Shown: positions 25,101 through 39,200, numbered from the stretch's first letter. The stretch is DNA of 64,000 nucleotides from Raillietiella orientalis (GCA_036172245.1 JAYWIR010000017.1:434001-498000); one strand, 5' to 3'. The notes: generated by a model from the letters alone, not told the origin. Numbers and translations: made by a program.

Positions 25101-27002
25101 AATGCTTGAATCACTGGAAGGTTGTTATGGGGAATTTGACTAGGGATACATGTTTTTTTGTGGACCATTAAATAAAGCCCTATAAAGAACGCTTTTGGTC
25201 TTACATAAGTCTGCAGCACATCACGATCGGCTTTAATTCTCATTCTCCTCTGCAAACTGAGACAGAAGAAAATAGCAGAATTCTTGAAGCTCGTTTGGGG
25301 GGCAGAATGCCGAACATGCAACAAACTGATTCAGGTTCCATTCTAAAATCCTAGACGAGGAAGAGGGCACGAATGTTGCAGCAACTCCTCTCTACTGACA
25401 AACTGATACGTCGAAGGGATGTGAGAATAGGCGCATCCAGTGGTGAGTGGGATGAGTTCTCGAATGTGCTACCTTCTGTCGTCTGCTGTCGTCTCTGCGT
25501 TTTTCTGATCCTTCTACGTTGTCGACTCTGATCCGTTCCTTTGAAAGACGCAACAGTTGGCCATAAAGAAAGCCTAGCGACGATGGTATATCCAATTTAT
25601 TGCAGGAGGATCCATGGACCCATGTTCACGACTACATTTCCGGAGATCTCAAGAATCAGTAGCAGTATGAGTGAAGGTGTGAATCTTCGAGAGCATGCGC
25701 CCTCAGACAATTCAAAAATCACAAAAACACGCTCTTTTGGAGGCAATGCTGCTCACGCAAAGATCATTCTTCAGTGGGCAACCATGGCTTCAGCCTCGTC
25801 CATCAGAATACGGTTTCCCGTAGGAAAGACGATGGGCTAGTGATTTGCTCTTCTCGTCGCGAAGCAAATGTCTGCTGACCAACTCAAAGGCTCCAGCCAC
25901 CACTCGGGGCTTCTTGAATATGGGAAGCATGGACGCAGATGGGCATCGTTGAGAACAACAGCGCTTTTTTAGCTTCGTTTTCGTGCAAACTGGAAGGTAT
26001 TTCACTGCAGATAAGAAAAGTGAGGATTCCTCTTTTCCAAACCGTGACTCTGCAACAGCGGATTCTTCCAGACAGCTTCTCTCTCCTTCCGCATTTGGTG
26101 CGGGTCTTTTCTTCCAATGCTACTCACCTTCATGAAAACCTCCTTCCCTTTCCTCAAGGCGCTTTCGTATGTCATAGTTTTGGAGAGCAAGCCGTGTTCT
26201 TCTGAATTGACCACAGAGAGCAACCGAAACTCATTTAAAGTTCTTCTTTGAAAGAAACAACCACTGCTTTTCATAATTCCTCGATTTCGCAGGACAGGAT
26301 TTCTGACAGATGCCCTTCCTCGTTTCCAACGATCAATTTTGGGATCTCCTGCTTTAAAGTTTCACTTTGTGTCGAAACGTCAATGCAATTCCCTACAGCT
26401 GAAACTCAAATGCGATCGGTCCTACTTAGTCCCCAATAACTAGATCATCTATCGTCCTTCTTTCTGGTGCTTTTGGTCTTTGCTGATCAACAAAGCTTCC
26501 GTGCACACAAACATAACTTTCCTTTTCTTATACTGTTATGTGTATTTCATGATTTGTTACTGTTGAACGGGCTTTCGCCTTCTTTTTGGATGAGCGCTCA
26601 GATCATGAATTCCCATTTCTTTTCTTTTAACAAAGTCTTCCTAAAAAGTTCGTGGAGTTACTGTTAAGCAAAGTGAATGAGACGAAAGAATGCATCTCCG
26701 ATCATTTCCATTTCAGTTGAATTGCGTGCTTTATTCAGCATAGAGAAACTTCCACTGAAGACTCGGATTGCAGAACACCAGCCATCATCTACGGAATTTG
26801 TCGGAAAAAAAAAAAAAAAAAATTCATCCTCAGCACGTCGGTTGTTTCTTCTCAAGAGCCAGTGCCTGAATAGGCAGAATAAAATTACCAAATAATGAAA
26901 TATTCCCTCTTCAGAGCAATTGGAAAGAAGTAGATTAAAATTCTTACTTAATTTCTCCTAGGTTTTTAGAAAAGCACAAAGGTGTTCAAAGAAATTTTCG
27001 AT

Positions 27003-27696
27003 CTTCCCCAAGTCCTACAAGGGATGGGGTAAATTTATTTTCCTCTCATTCATCCTACAATTTCATTCATACCGGGCACGCTCGAGTTTAATCACTTTCA
27101 CTTTTTTTCTTTACCACTATGCACTAACGAGGACCACGTGTGGGGTGTGCCTGGACGGTACATTCAATCCTTCTAAGGATATACCTGTATGTCCAGACGG
27201 GCACTTTTCCTCAGTTCCTGATTCCGCTCTCCTTCTGGAAGACTACTCGTAGGATCTCCATGGGGAATTGTTCTGGCTTTCTTCGTCGTCCACCATCTTA
27301 TCAAGATGGCGGTGATGAATAGGGCAATGGTTGCCCTAAGCATCGGGTTGGATAGGGGAACGTTTCCGTTTCTCTGAAACATCGAAGCTAGGACTTCCAT
27401 CGTCGAGTTGTTCGGCAGCCCTATGACCCATTTCAGGGTCTGCCAGTCCTGGTGCATTGTGGGACAGGTTAGGACATGAAGTCTCGTGTCCCTGTCACCA
27501 CACGCCTTGCAAGTTCCATATTCACTTCCCTTTGTAAAGTGTTGCATTCTGGACCCGCTCAGGATTCCTCCATGATAGAACATCAGGAAGTTATCCTTGG
27601 AGTCAGGCGGTAGGCCACTCCTCCAGAGCGTCGTTCCGATCGCTAACAGGTTGATCCTATCGCTCCCGTAGCGGCCAGCGGCTTCTTGGCGGCTTC
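27003..27696 (-). mobile_element. 5'-truncated L1/Tx1-like non-LTR retrotransposon 3' end with 18-bp TSD
   Basis: An open frame reads LWRSGLPPDSKDNFLMFYHGGILSG...CKACGDRDTRLHVLTCP, a zf-RVT-like CCHC finger. It is followed by a 3' UTR with AATAAA. An exact direct repeat TTCAAAGAAATTTTCGAT lies at 26985-27002 and 27697-27714. Confidence 0.85.
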
Positions 27697-28299
27697 TTCA
27701 AAGAAATTTTCGATATAAAGTTCCCTCAATGCCAAAAGCTTCGAATTTGGAAGTTCAGCAATATAAATTGTATTAATGTAACAACAAGATCTTTATTTTA
27801 GTCAAAAACTGATCTTTCTTTAAGGAACCCTTTGACTTCATTTTTCGTTGAGAAAAAGAGTACATTTCACCTTTCAGGTCTTTTTTTTTTAAAAAAGAAA
27901 ATCTTTCTTGGAACAGTGCAACTATCAGCGAACTCAATAGACACCTCTGCCATCTATTAGCTAGTATTTGATTTATGTTACAATATGCTTTCATTGAGCA
28001 CACTGTAATTGAGTGATAATCTGAGGATGACAGGGATTTATACACGATTCCTAATAAATGTACATAGATTTTTTACGCTTCTGTCAACATTTAATTCAGT
28101 GGACTGGAGAGAAGCAAATACAATAGTCATGTTCATAAAGTTTCGAAACGTAACAACAGATGGCAAATATTCAGCTTTTAATGAACCGCACCACGAACCA
28201 GAATGGAGATCTTGAACATACGTTGAGAAAAACAAACATAAAAGAGCCTCTTCGTTGATTTAAAATCCAGGTGATTTAAAATCTTGTCTATTAAAAAGG

Positions 28300-30036
28300 A
28301 TCTCAGTTTAAGAAGAAAGGAGGAATTCTTGCCCATTTTTCGGGTAACAGAAAAACATAAAAGAGTTTTCATGTAAATAACGCAATATCAGCTTCCGAAG
28401 AGATTAAGAAGCTTATCATCTATCATTTTATTTATTACTCCAAATAAGAAACTTGCAGATATCCTCCAATTTGTGGTCACAGAGATTTGTGTCATTCACA
28501 ATGCTGTGCTCTCTGTCGGTATTTCTTTCTTCAGTGGTTTAACTGACAGAATATGGTACACCTGGAAAACTCAGATCATGCCCATTAACACAATCAAATA
28601 AAATGCCACTGAATAAATTTCAAGGATGACTGATCCTATTTTCCATCCCTGAACTTTTGCAAAAACGGCATTTTAAGGTGACGTGACCTTAAGAGGATAC
28701 AAAAATGACTTTGAAGTTTGTTAACATCCTGATAGGAAAATCGCTCACGACATGCTGAAGAATTCCATGGTTTTCACCGTCTCATGAGGGTGAGAGGAAT
28801 TCGTCAAACCTGGAATTAGTTCGATTCTCGCGAGCAAGGCTTTCCAGGTACTCCACAACAGCAGTTCACTTTGAGTTCCTTTCCGAGCTCAGTTCCTGGA
28901 TTACCACTGACCTATAATTATCTGATGAAGATTTCAGAGATCCCTCGAGCACATTTTTCCGCTTTCCTCGAAATGGTCCAGCGTGTGCGTTGTCATTCGG
29001 CATATCGTGCGCCAATGTGCTTCCAGGGAAGAGCTCCGAGGTGTCCCTTGAAACTTTCGATTTTTATCCCCAAGTTCATCGCTTTCCTTCTTACAGGTTT
29101 TCTGTTGAAATAGCATTTCCTGTCTCCTATGATATTTGAGAAAAGCATCCTACTTTTTTGTGCTGGCAGTATTGTGGAGACGACTCCTTGCTGAGTCACG
29201 GTGATAGAAGCAAATCTCAAGTGACAAAAGGTGTGAAGCAGCTGTGTTTCCTCTTCCCTCTCAGAATTTTCGACATCCTCTGCCTCCATACAATCCAAAT
29301 ACATCCATTCATCGAACCGATGATCATTAAATTGCGAGTACGAAAAAGAAGTTGACCTGGCTTTGCGATGACGGCGGTCAAAAAGTCAGAATCTGTCACC
29401 GTCGTTGTTGACCATCAGCGAGCATCAGCAACCTGCATTTTCCTATATGGAAAAAAAAAGCAGGATTGCATGACTCAGTCGTCCTCGAAACTTCAGAGCA
29501 TCAATCTAAGAGTGGCGTTTCCTGCTCGCTCCTCGGAAAGAACTCTTCAGCCTGCCACGAGAAGACGAAGGGGATCGGAGAGCTCAAAAGAGATATTCTC
29601 CGGAAGAGTAACCGACCCTCTCCGGAGGACCCTTCCGTAGAGAATGAGGAAGAGGTTCCCTTCCAAACGTTAGAGGAATGGACTCCCGAGCCCTTCCTGG
29701 CTTCATAGGGTGATCCCCTGACTTGAAGAGTAATACACACCCTCGGGTGGCCTAGAGTGTTAAGGAGTTTTGTAAGTCCCTTCCCCCTCTAAGGAACGAA
29801 CGGTTCTTCAGTACTTAGGGAACCAAAAAAAAAAAAATATTCTAGGTAGAAGCCAGAGTTTTCTGCTTCGAAACAGAGAGTACAGGGAGGCTTCTCAAAC
29901 ATGCGAATGCTCCCCGCCGCGTCCAACATTTCAACGACCCATGAATTCGTGAAAGGGATCAACCAACGGACTCTTTTATGTTTTTCTGTTACCCGAAAAA
30001 TGGGTAAAACTTCCTCCTTTCTTCTTGAACTGAGAT
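28300..30036. repeat. Pair of 67-bp inverted repeats about 1.6 kb apart (possible non-autonomous TIR element)
   Basis: 28300-28366 (ATCTCAGTTTAAGAAGAAAGG...CATAAAAGAGT) matches the reverse complement of 29970-30036 at 63/67 by eye. There is an extra partial unit near 28227-28260. No TSD seen. Confidence 0.7.
29500..29837 (+). mobile_element. Family A SINE-like element, copy 3 (5'-truncated, diverged)
   Basis: Clear homology to the 3' part of copies 1 and 2 from about 29610 (CCGGAGGACCCTTCCGTAGAGAATGAGGAAGA...CCTTCCTGG...ACTTGAAGAG). Ends GTACTTAGGGAACC plus A13. The 5' limit is approximate. Confidence 0.75.
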
Positions 30037-33000
30037 GTCATGAAGACAGAGCTCGAAAGGTTCTCTCCGACTAGCTCTATGAAGATAAAGACTGTTCCAT
30101 CCAAAGGATGAAATACAGCTAAGCAAAATTTGGTCCAACGTCATTCCGTCCCTGATCTCAGGCTGTAGTCTTCTTCTGCCCCTGTGAACCGACCCAGTAG
30201 TCAGTCCCCTTCTATCTTCTCAACCAAAGAACATTTTCATTCTGGAGAATCATGAGGTAAAGTGTGGCAATTCTTCCTACACAGACCGCTTTAACAGAGC
30301 TTTCGGCAGCCACATTGGTCACAAAAATTGGCTACTTCACATTGGAATGAGGCTACTGAAACTGCTGAAACACGCTGCAAAGCAGCGGAAGCGTTTGTAG
30401 ATGGAAGATGCGATGTTTCCTTCTCCTGAGCGATCACTTTTGAGTCTCAGTAGTAAGCAGAGCATCTTTGAGTGGTGAAATGCTTCATCTTGCACATGTT
30501 GCAGTCCCATATTTTCAGTGCACGATGCTTGAAACCTAGAGGGTAGTCATCCTCACAGAGCTTGGCAAAGCTTGTTGTCCGTTGTAATAATGATTATTGC
30601 TTTGAAAGCAGATTAATAATTTTTGGACCATCGTTCCCACGTGGGAGTAAACACTGTATTTGGATATCATCTGACGAAAAGTGTAACAGTTGTGATTGTG
30701 AAAATGCCGAGTTCATATTCAATGAAATTATTTCAATTCCTACAGTTTACCAATTGCTCTATGGATAGCTAGTGCTTCGTAGTCAGGTGCTACTACCACA
30801 ATCTAGAATCCTGCAATACTTTCAGGGATCAGCGGTTGAAGGAAAGAATTTAGAAATGATTCGACATGGATTTGGGATCCTTAAATTTGCATTGCCTCTC
30901 GGCTTGCGTCCCTGCAAAGAAGTTTGTAAAAGAGGATCGGTACAGCACCATCTTCTATGTTACGGGTTCTTGCAAGGGCAGGAGTGCGCGGCAACTTGAA
31001 TGGGAATTCTTCTCTTTTTTTTCGTTTCTTTTTCTCCATTGTGTTTCTTGCAGAGGAACCGGTAACGGTAGTAACGCCATGACGATCAGATGGCATGAGC
31101 ACCCCAGTTACAGCCGGAAGCGTCTTTCCTAAGATGCAAGTAATTTGAACCGGAGTTCACTTGCGAGGGACAGCATAGGATATTCGCCACTTTCTGTTCA
31201 CCAAGTGGAATATTGAAAACACAATTGATTTATCGATTTTTAAAATTCGAGATTGCGATTTCCGAATGAATTCCTTATTCAAGAAGCCAACTTACAAAGC
31301 GCTGCAACTGTTATGACCTTCGGTAACCTTGAAAGAAAACATTTCATCAATTCATCTTGTATCATTATGTCTTGCGTTGATCGTAGGAACGAAACTGAAA
31401 TTCATGATAAATCTTCTGCATCATAACAGCTTCTCTGCTTCGCCCTCAACATCCATGATTTAATAGTGCTCATCAACGTACCTGACAAGATTGCTGTTCT
31501 ACATATTTTCGTGATTCCGAATTAGCAGAATTCTTTTTAACTCCGAAGTTGGCTGCCTAAGAGGTAAGAGGTCACTCTCAGAAACTGACTCCTTTGTTTT
31601 CATTGTCCTATTGTGACACACCGTAATCTTCTTTGCACTTTTTGAGAACATTCCAGTCTTCTTTGTAGTCTCACCTGGCGCCTTCTCCATCATAAGTGTA
31701 CAGCCATTTCTTGTCCTCCATATTTACCAGCTAACGAGCAGTATTTCTGAGGCTTTCTTCCTTGAATCCTTTACTTTAAAATGCGTTTGTTACTGATGTG
31801 AAGCGAACTTTGGTATAACTCTGGATGGTTTTCTTGGCTTTATCGACTCGAATAATTTTCTGTGAAAGAAATGTTTTGAGTTTCATGGTCCACCCTCATC
31901 TTTCATGTGCAAGAGTTGTCGCTGGAAGGCCTGAACGCTCAAATTACCTGAAGATTCATTCGTTCTGAGTCCTTCGTGACATCACTTGTGAATTCCACAG
32001 TTTCCAATGGCATGGCTGAGATTTCTCTCAGGAGAGTAATAATTTTCTACACACCTTGCGAAAACTTTCCTCTGAAGTAAGGACTCCAAAGACACCTAAG
32101 AACGCTCGAAACTTCCAAGACTCTCATTGGAAAATTATGGAATTTGCGGCCATGCTCTTTCTTTGGACAATGCAGATCTGTCATTAGGCGGCTGTTAGCT
32201 GACATTCGTTGCATCAGGAATTCCGTAAAAAATTTCGATTTTTCAACAAAAATTTCCACAGAACTCACATTTCTGCTGGCTGTACCGCTGAATTTCCTTG
32301 ATGCTGGCTCAAGGGTGGATAGACGCTAAGAAAGCTCACTGATGTTAACATTTCTATACAGTGAAATTTCACCAACAAGTACCAGGAAGCTTTGTGGTTG
32401 TTTTGCTTCGGTGAGACACTCTCGTGTGCGTAAAGATGAACAAATTCTGCTTTTCCTGCCTGCCATCTGTAGCTACATCTCCGTATTTCGGCATGCGAGA
32501 GAATGGAAAACAAAAACAAATGCAAAACTCCAAATGCCCAAGAGTGTTGTTCATCACCAGAAAGATGCTTATGTCTTGAAGTTTCCATCCGTGTTCTCTA
32601 AAGATGAGTTATCCATTCTTCATGGATATTGTCAAATACGATTCGAAATCCTCATTAACAAGAGTGTAACAAACGTTAGAATGACATCTTGATTTACTGT
32701 CAGTACACTGAAAACAGTAAAGCAATGAAGTACGCTGCCTTGGAAACATCCTAGGTTTTACTGCACAAAAAATTGGCATTCAAAGACCTCAGTAACGGTG
32801 ACAAGATTCTCTGCTAAGGAATTTTTCCTGATTCCAATACTTGATAACTCACCATGGACATCACACTGTGTGTAGAAGGTCTTCGTCACCCTGGTGCGTT
32901 TCTCTCCCAGATCAATATAAATACATATTTTCCTTTTTGCTTTCCACGATATTCATCACGGTACTCGAGATCAACACGCTTCAGCATCACCTCTTTCTTT

Positions 33001-35969
33001 GGAGGTAGCAAAACTTCTAGCTCTAGCAGTGCAGCCCTCTCTCAGCTGTGTTCATGACTCACTATTGCTATCATCACCTCAATCAGCCACTTTACAATCA
33101 TCCAACTGATCACATCCACCTGACTCCCAGTTGCTTCGGTGGCATTCATCTTCAGCATACGCTGCTTCGCAGACGGCCAAAATCTCAGCACCTCTGACAT
33201 TGCTACGCTCAAACTTTCGTTTAAAGGCGCACCCTGCCGGGTGCTCCTTTTCTTCGCCACTTTTGAAGTCTCGCGCATGCTTTCGTTTCCTTGCGAAAAT
33301 CGCCTGCATTTCCGATCCAAAAGTGAGTGTTCCTTCTTTCCCCTTCTCTCTTTTGTCCACTCACTGCTTTTAGATTACTCGCGCTTGAACGTTTAACCTC
33401 TCTATCTTGACCTCTCGTATCTCTAATATATCTCCTAACAAGGTGAAAGCGGAAAAGCTTAAAGCTATCCATCGTTAAAAGAAAAATGCTCTCCTGTCTG
33501 CGTCGACGTTTCTTTTTGGATGTGATTACCTTGACTTTGTGATTATGACCTGCATCTAACTAAACTTTGCAGCCATTTCCTGCAGTGATCCTTGCGATAA
33601 ACTGTTTGCTTAATTGCGGAAGTCACCCAAGGAATCAAATTCGGATGAAATCGACTTCAAATCATGAGAATGATCACATGACTCTTTTATCAGATGGATC
33701 AGCTCGCTTGGTGGATCTCCGAATAGGGGCTTCCCTGTGAAACGAATCCCATGACTTGGCCGTGCGTCAGAACGGGACACCTTGGTGAGTGGTTCAGAGC
33801 ATGCTAAACTGTTCCGGGAGTATGTCCCAAGATCTTTCGACTCGATCGTTCCTTCCAGCTGATCTGTAAAAGCCTGATGATCCGAGCTGAGCCACTTTTC
33901 TGACCTCCATTTATAGGATTTCACTCCTTGTTCCACTGAATTTGCACGAGTTGTCTAAACATACGAATAAGAGTCATCACATCGGAATTCCGGTTGCCGT
34001 GCATTTTATACATCCAGTGCAAAATCAGGGGTCGCCGCGGGAGTCACAGGAAGTGTAAACTGTATTGTACCGTTTTGAGAGTCTATGGCCATTCGTAGCT
34101 ATGGCCATCGTATTTGCACCAACGTATGCCTCCCTCGATCCTTCTCTTGTCTAGCGCTGAAGTCACAATGAACTCTGGTGATCAGGAGAACTCCAGGAGA
34201 AGAGTCCATCTGCTTTTTCGCTATCAGTGTGCGTGCTGGATTTCTTCCTCTTCTACAAGTACTCTACTGCTGCTCACGATATATCAGCCAAAAGTGCTCT
34301 TGGTCACTCAGGCAAGTTTTATTATACCTTCTAACCATTCTGTGAAGTCACACAAAAAAGGAATACCAGATAGCCAGAAAGTGTCCACAGTTTCCAATCC
34401 TTTCGCAGAATATGAGCAAATTGGAGATGACATCTGAATGCAAACTGCACACAATGCCCATTTTACCTTGAGGAAGAAGGTGGCATAGGACCTATTATTA
34501 AACGCACCTATGCTGCTGCTGTAATGAGATGGTGTAAACCAACAACATTCCAGAGACTGTTTCACAGAAGAAAGCAGCCTTTTTAGCAAAAAACAGTCAT
34601 TCGAATGATGTTTATTTTGAATTACTAGAATAGGTCCTCTTGAATATTTCACTCTTGAAGATCCAAGGAAAATGAAATGGAATGGTCGCATCCTATTGCT
34701 GGAAAATTAAGTCGGAATTTGGTGTTTCCTTTCTAGAGCAATGAAATTCCTTGCAGTACCCTTAATGTGGACTTTCATCAAAGTCACTTGCTTGATCCCG
34801 TAAGACGGCACACTGATGAATCGAGTTTTAGATTTTTTGGTTACATTCCAATAAAAAATGCCGAGTAAGTTGAAAAAATCAAAAAACAACTAAAATCTTG
34901 CCTGGAAATTCCATCTGATGCTCTAGATTTTTACGATTGCCACCAGCAGCAAGATTTCAAAGAGCATCCATCTGCAAGTACCTGCCAGGTCTTAAATCTT
35001 CAATGCATCAGGACCAGTTTCTGCGGGCAAAGAGGAAATACGGGAAAACTGCAAGAAATTTGGGGCCTTCTTTTCTTCGTAGAAAATTTCACTACTTTTT
35101 CCTTTTTCTTTTTCAGTCTTCTAGCGGCTGATCTGCATATCAAAGATTGGAACATTCCATTAATGTCTTCTCACTTTCTGGTTAGAATCAAGTTTGTAAT
35201 CCACTGACTGTTTCATCGTCTTCGTTCATCTCAAAATTCTATTATTTTGAGACATGCTTTCTCATTTCCGAAGTAGGTTGACCCCTGCCGAAGCAACACT
35301 TCAATGCTAAAGTAGGAGCCAAAGGCGATTCCATCGTGAAGTCTCTCTCGGACTTCAATTTTCAGTACTCTGAATACTTTCGGATCGCACCCCCTTTTAA
35401 TCCTTCTGCTTTTTTCGAACTACAAAATCGTCAATACCTGATAAGATCGTCATCACTCTTATTTGCTCAACGTTCTACTCTGTACATTTAACGCATCCTT
35501 CATGTTTCTTTACGAATAGCTTGCCTTTGCTCCATAAATTCGTTGTGCTCTACCGATTCCACCAACTTTAGGAGAAAGGAAGAATAAATTCACTTGCCTG
35601 CATCCTTTTGCTCCTTAGTTCTCTTGTCTGCTCCGAAAGCTTGTGTCCAAAAGGCAATTAATTCATCGACTGGGTTGAACGTGTTATTTCTGTACAGCTG
35701 CCATCACTCTTACAGCAACGTCTAGAGCTACAGAGTTTTCCATGTAAGATACCTCGAGAAACGCAAGCTAACGGCCCAACGCCTTCAAGGGATGGTGGGT
35801 CACAAACTCTTCCCTTGATTCCGGAAACTGAGAACTCAACGAACGTGGAAATTCAAACGCAGGGTATTCTACTGAAAGAATCATCTCTGTTTTCTACTGA
35901 GCACCTAAAATGTTAAAACTGACCAGTATTTAGAGTTCGTTGTTTGCAAGAGACGTGGTGTAGGTTAGG

Positions 35970-36267
35970 ATTCTGAAGTGAGAATGAAATTGTTGCTTAT
36001 AACCGATAAAAGCCATGGAAACCTGGAATTCCGTGTATTCCTGGAGAATTCTTGTTTGCAGCAAGGATTCCCGATTCCCAGCAATTCTCAAGTCACGGAG
36101 CGAGGAATCCAGATAATGAACAGAACTGCCTTCCTTCCTAAACATTCTGGAGACTACGAGCTTTCTCCGTGAAAATCTTTCAAGAAAACACGGAATTTCA
36201 GGTTTCCATGGCTCTTGTCAGCCATAAGCAACAAGCAAATTTCCGTACATTATGCTCACTTCAGAAT
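35970..36267. repeat. Foldback/MITE-like inverted repeat
   Basis: TTGTTGCTTATAACCGATAAAAGCCATGGAAACCTGGAATTCCGTGT (from 35990) pairs with ACACGGAATTTCAGGTTTCCATGGCTCTTGTCAGCCATAAGCAACAA (to 36234). Outer arms are ATTCTGAAGTGAG (35970-35982) and CTCACTTCAGAAT (36255-36267). Confidence 0.8.
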
Positions 36268-39200
36268 TCTGTCCTGCAGAGAGCTCTTGTGCTCATTTCG
36301 ACTTGGTTGAAGCACATCTTGCTACTTGTCCTTCGACTTCCGTGTCATTCTGTTGTTTCTGGTCCTCCTGCTATCTGATGATATGGAATTTTTAGTTCAA
36401 AGGGACCCTTCTTCCCGTGGGTAAAGACTTTTGGCTCCTCGACGCTTTATTCTCTTATCCTCAAGAATTCTATTTTCCTGTTTCGATACAGGTTACTTGT
36501 TGGTACTTACATCCTGCCTTTGGTTTTCATTTCTTTCCGGTTCTCATTAAATGCAGTTGCGTCATCTACAAAAGATACTCTGTTGATGACCTCAACTGCT
36601 AGCTTTGCAAGATTTTCTCTGTGATGTTCAAACCACTTTTCGCGCTCTCCGGCACAGTTCGATACGTCCCAGTGATTTCAGGATTCTGAACCCTATGGAC
36701 GGTGTTTTTGCCTCCTTAATGTTCTTGCGGTGTTTTCAACTGTGCAAGATATAAGATGCCAGAGCTTCATTGCTTTGTTTATGTTGAAACCTTCCACCAG
36801 AGTCGGTTGTCTGGTTCCATGTGCGGTTCTGATTATCCATAGCAAGAAATAATCGAATAAATATAAAGTCGACAAAGAAGCCAAATTTATGCTCGAAATT
36901 TCGAGAGCGCCCTGCACTGCCTTATATCACCTCAACCCATCAAGGATCGTTCTGTGTTATCGTTTCAGTCATGCTTGCTTGTCACGCACATGACTACAAA
37001 AAACTAGATACGGAGTACTACATCGTATTTCTGGATCTTTACAAAGATTGCAGTGCTTGATAAGGAAGAAAGGTGTTTCACAATCACCTTCCAAACCTCG
37101 GTGTGTTGAAGTGCAGCTTGTTCAGAGAAAAGTCCGAGATGAACTCACCTGCGAACGCTCCATCAAAAAAGATAGTTTGAATAAATGGAAATCCTCATAC
37201 TCAAAGATCTGATGATTTGACTTCCTAAACTGACCCAGGTTCCTAAACAGTGACCCCCCCTTTCCCCTAGATTTTAGTTTCCATTTACTATAGCTGAAAG
37301 GTTTCTTGGCTTTCCGTGAGATGGCAGTGTTTGTTCAAAACCGAGTTTCCGACCGAGGTTTCAATTTTCAACACCTGAAAGCAGTTCTTTACAACTGTAT
37401 TCATTGCTCCCATTCAAATGTGAGAGCGAAAGGCGAATTTCCTGATCGTTCACATGATTTTTCTCTTCTTTATTCGCCTGCTCATGCGCATTATTGAAGA
37501 GAAGTAAGCAGCTGTTTTGTTCCTCAATTCAGGACGAAGAATCTCCCTAGAAACACTAAGAGGGATGATGTCGAATCCTGGAGGACGTTAAAGGAGCTCA
37601 AAAGCGAATCGGCAAATCAAAATCGGCGAAGGACAAGGATTTCTTCCTTCCTTCCACGTAAAAGCACCTAGGATTCAGTTTGAAGACGAGCAGCATTTCC
37701 TGCCTGCGGCTTGAGATCTACAGAAAAAAAAATTCAGGGAAGGGAAGATGAATCCTGAAAGACGCAGATGGAAGGTGCAAGAATTGCTGATGGAACCTAG
37801 ACCTGGGATGACAACACCTATTTGTCAGTGAATCGACCCCTCCTTTTGCAAACTGCCAACGAATTTTCTTACCTGATCCCTCTTGTCTCTTCAGAAGACT
37901 TCCTATCCACAGTACAAAGGACAACCTTCATCGTTCCGCACGTTGTATCTGGCACCGCATGGCAGCGGTCACCATGGATACGTAACATGGGGAACATGTT
38001 TTCCCCTGGAGGCTGATTTTCTTTTCGAAATATCACGACGGCTAAAGAAGAGCGAAATGCTCCGCTCTTGCCGACTGAGAGTTTTTTTTGCTCCGCCCGA
38101 TCAAAATGTTGCATCCTCACTGGCAGAGAAGGAAACAAAAAAGGGAGACTCCGGGGATGGTTTCCAAGCTTGCTCTTCTGAAACTCCAAATTCGATCCCT
38201 TCCCATTCCGATCTTTTAATTACCGGTTTGAAGATGGCTGTTATCCGTTCCTGGTCTTCCCCTCGATCCTGAGCTTGCAGCTTTGGATCGGTCTCCTTTT
38301 CTTTTCTCTTTTTTTCCTCGCCAGAGGAGCTACAAATCCGTCGGAAAGGAAAGAATGAAGCCTGTTAGTGTCTTTGTGTTACAAAAGAATCAATGCGACA
38401 AGCTCATCGATGACGTCACCATCTGCGAAAACAAGATCAAGCGAGGATGATCAAAATACGAGGGGGAGGTGGAAAAAAAAAAAAAAAATGCACTTGATTC
38501 TTCTCCTCAGTGTCGGATACAGACGGAATGAGAATCTCGAATGCGTGGACTCCCAACGCAAGCGGATAATGACGCAGGATTGCTCTGGATAGCGGACGCG
38601 GCGTCATGCGAAACCTACAGCTCATTATCGAGACTTTGTGATCGGAATCGACAAAGCCTTGCATACTTTGGCCACAGCCGAAGATGCGAGAATCCTTTGT
38701 GACTTTCTTTTTTTCCCGTGAGAGTACCCTGCACGTTGTCCGGATGTCCTGACTCTGCCATGCAAGGCAACTCAGATGAGAAGGTATGTTTTCCCTCGGA
38801 TATCAGAAAGTTCGAACTAGCGAACGCTGTGGTGACATTCGGGAAGATTATCTAGGACACCACGGAGGCGACCAGCTCTAGTAGTACGGATGTCAGGAAC
38901 CGGGAACAGTAAAGCCCACTTTCTGTTCCCTCCTCTCTTCACTTTAATCCTTTCCCATCCTCGGCCGGTCCGTTTTGACTTTCGCATCGTTCACACCTTT
39001 GATGTAGAGTCTTGCCAGAGCCTTCAAGAACCGCTGATGAGGTCTGAAGGAGGGAACTTTTTCTTGAGCAGGAGGCGAAACTCTGACGACCCAGCAGTTG
39101 CAGTGGCGAGTTCTGTGAGCTCCTGCGGGGCGTGCTGAGACTGCTTTGCTACAGAGGAGCAGATCTAATCCGGTTTCCAGAACGAGAACACGTTTCTCTG

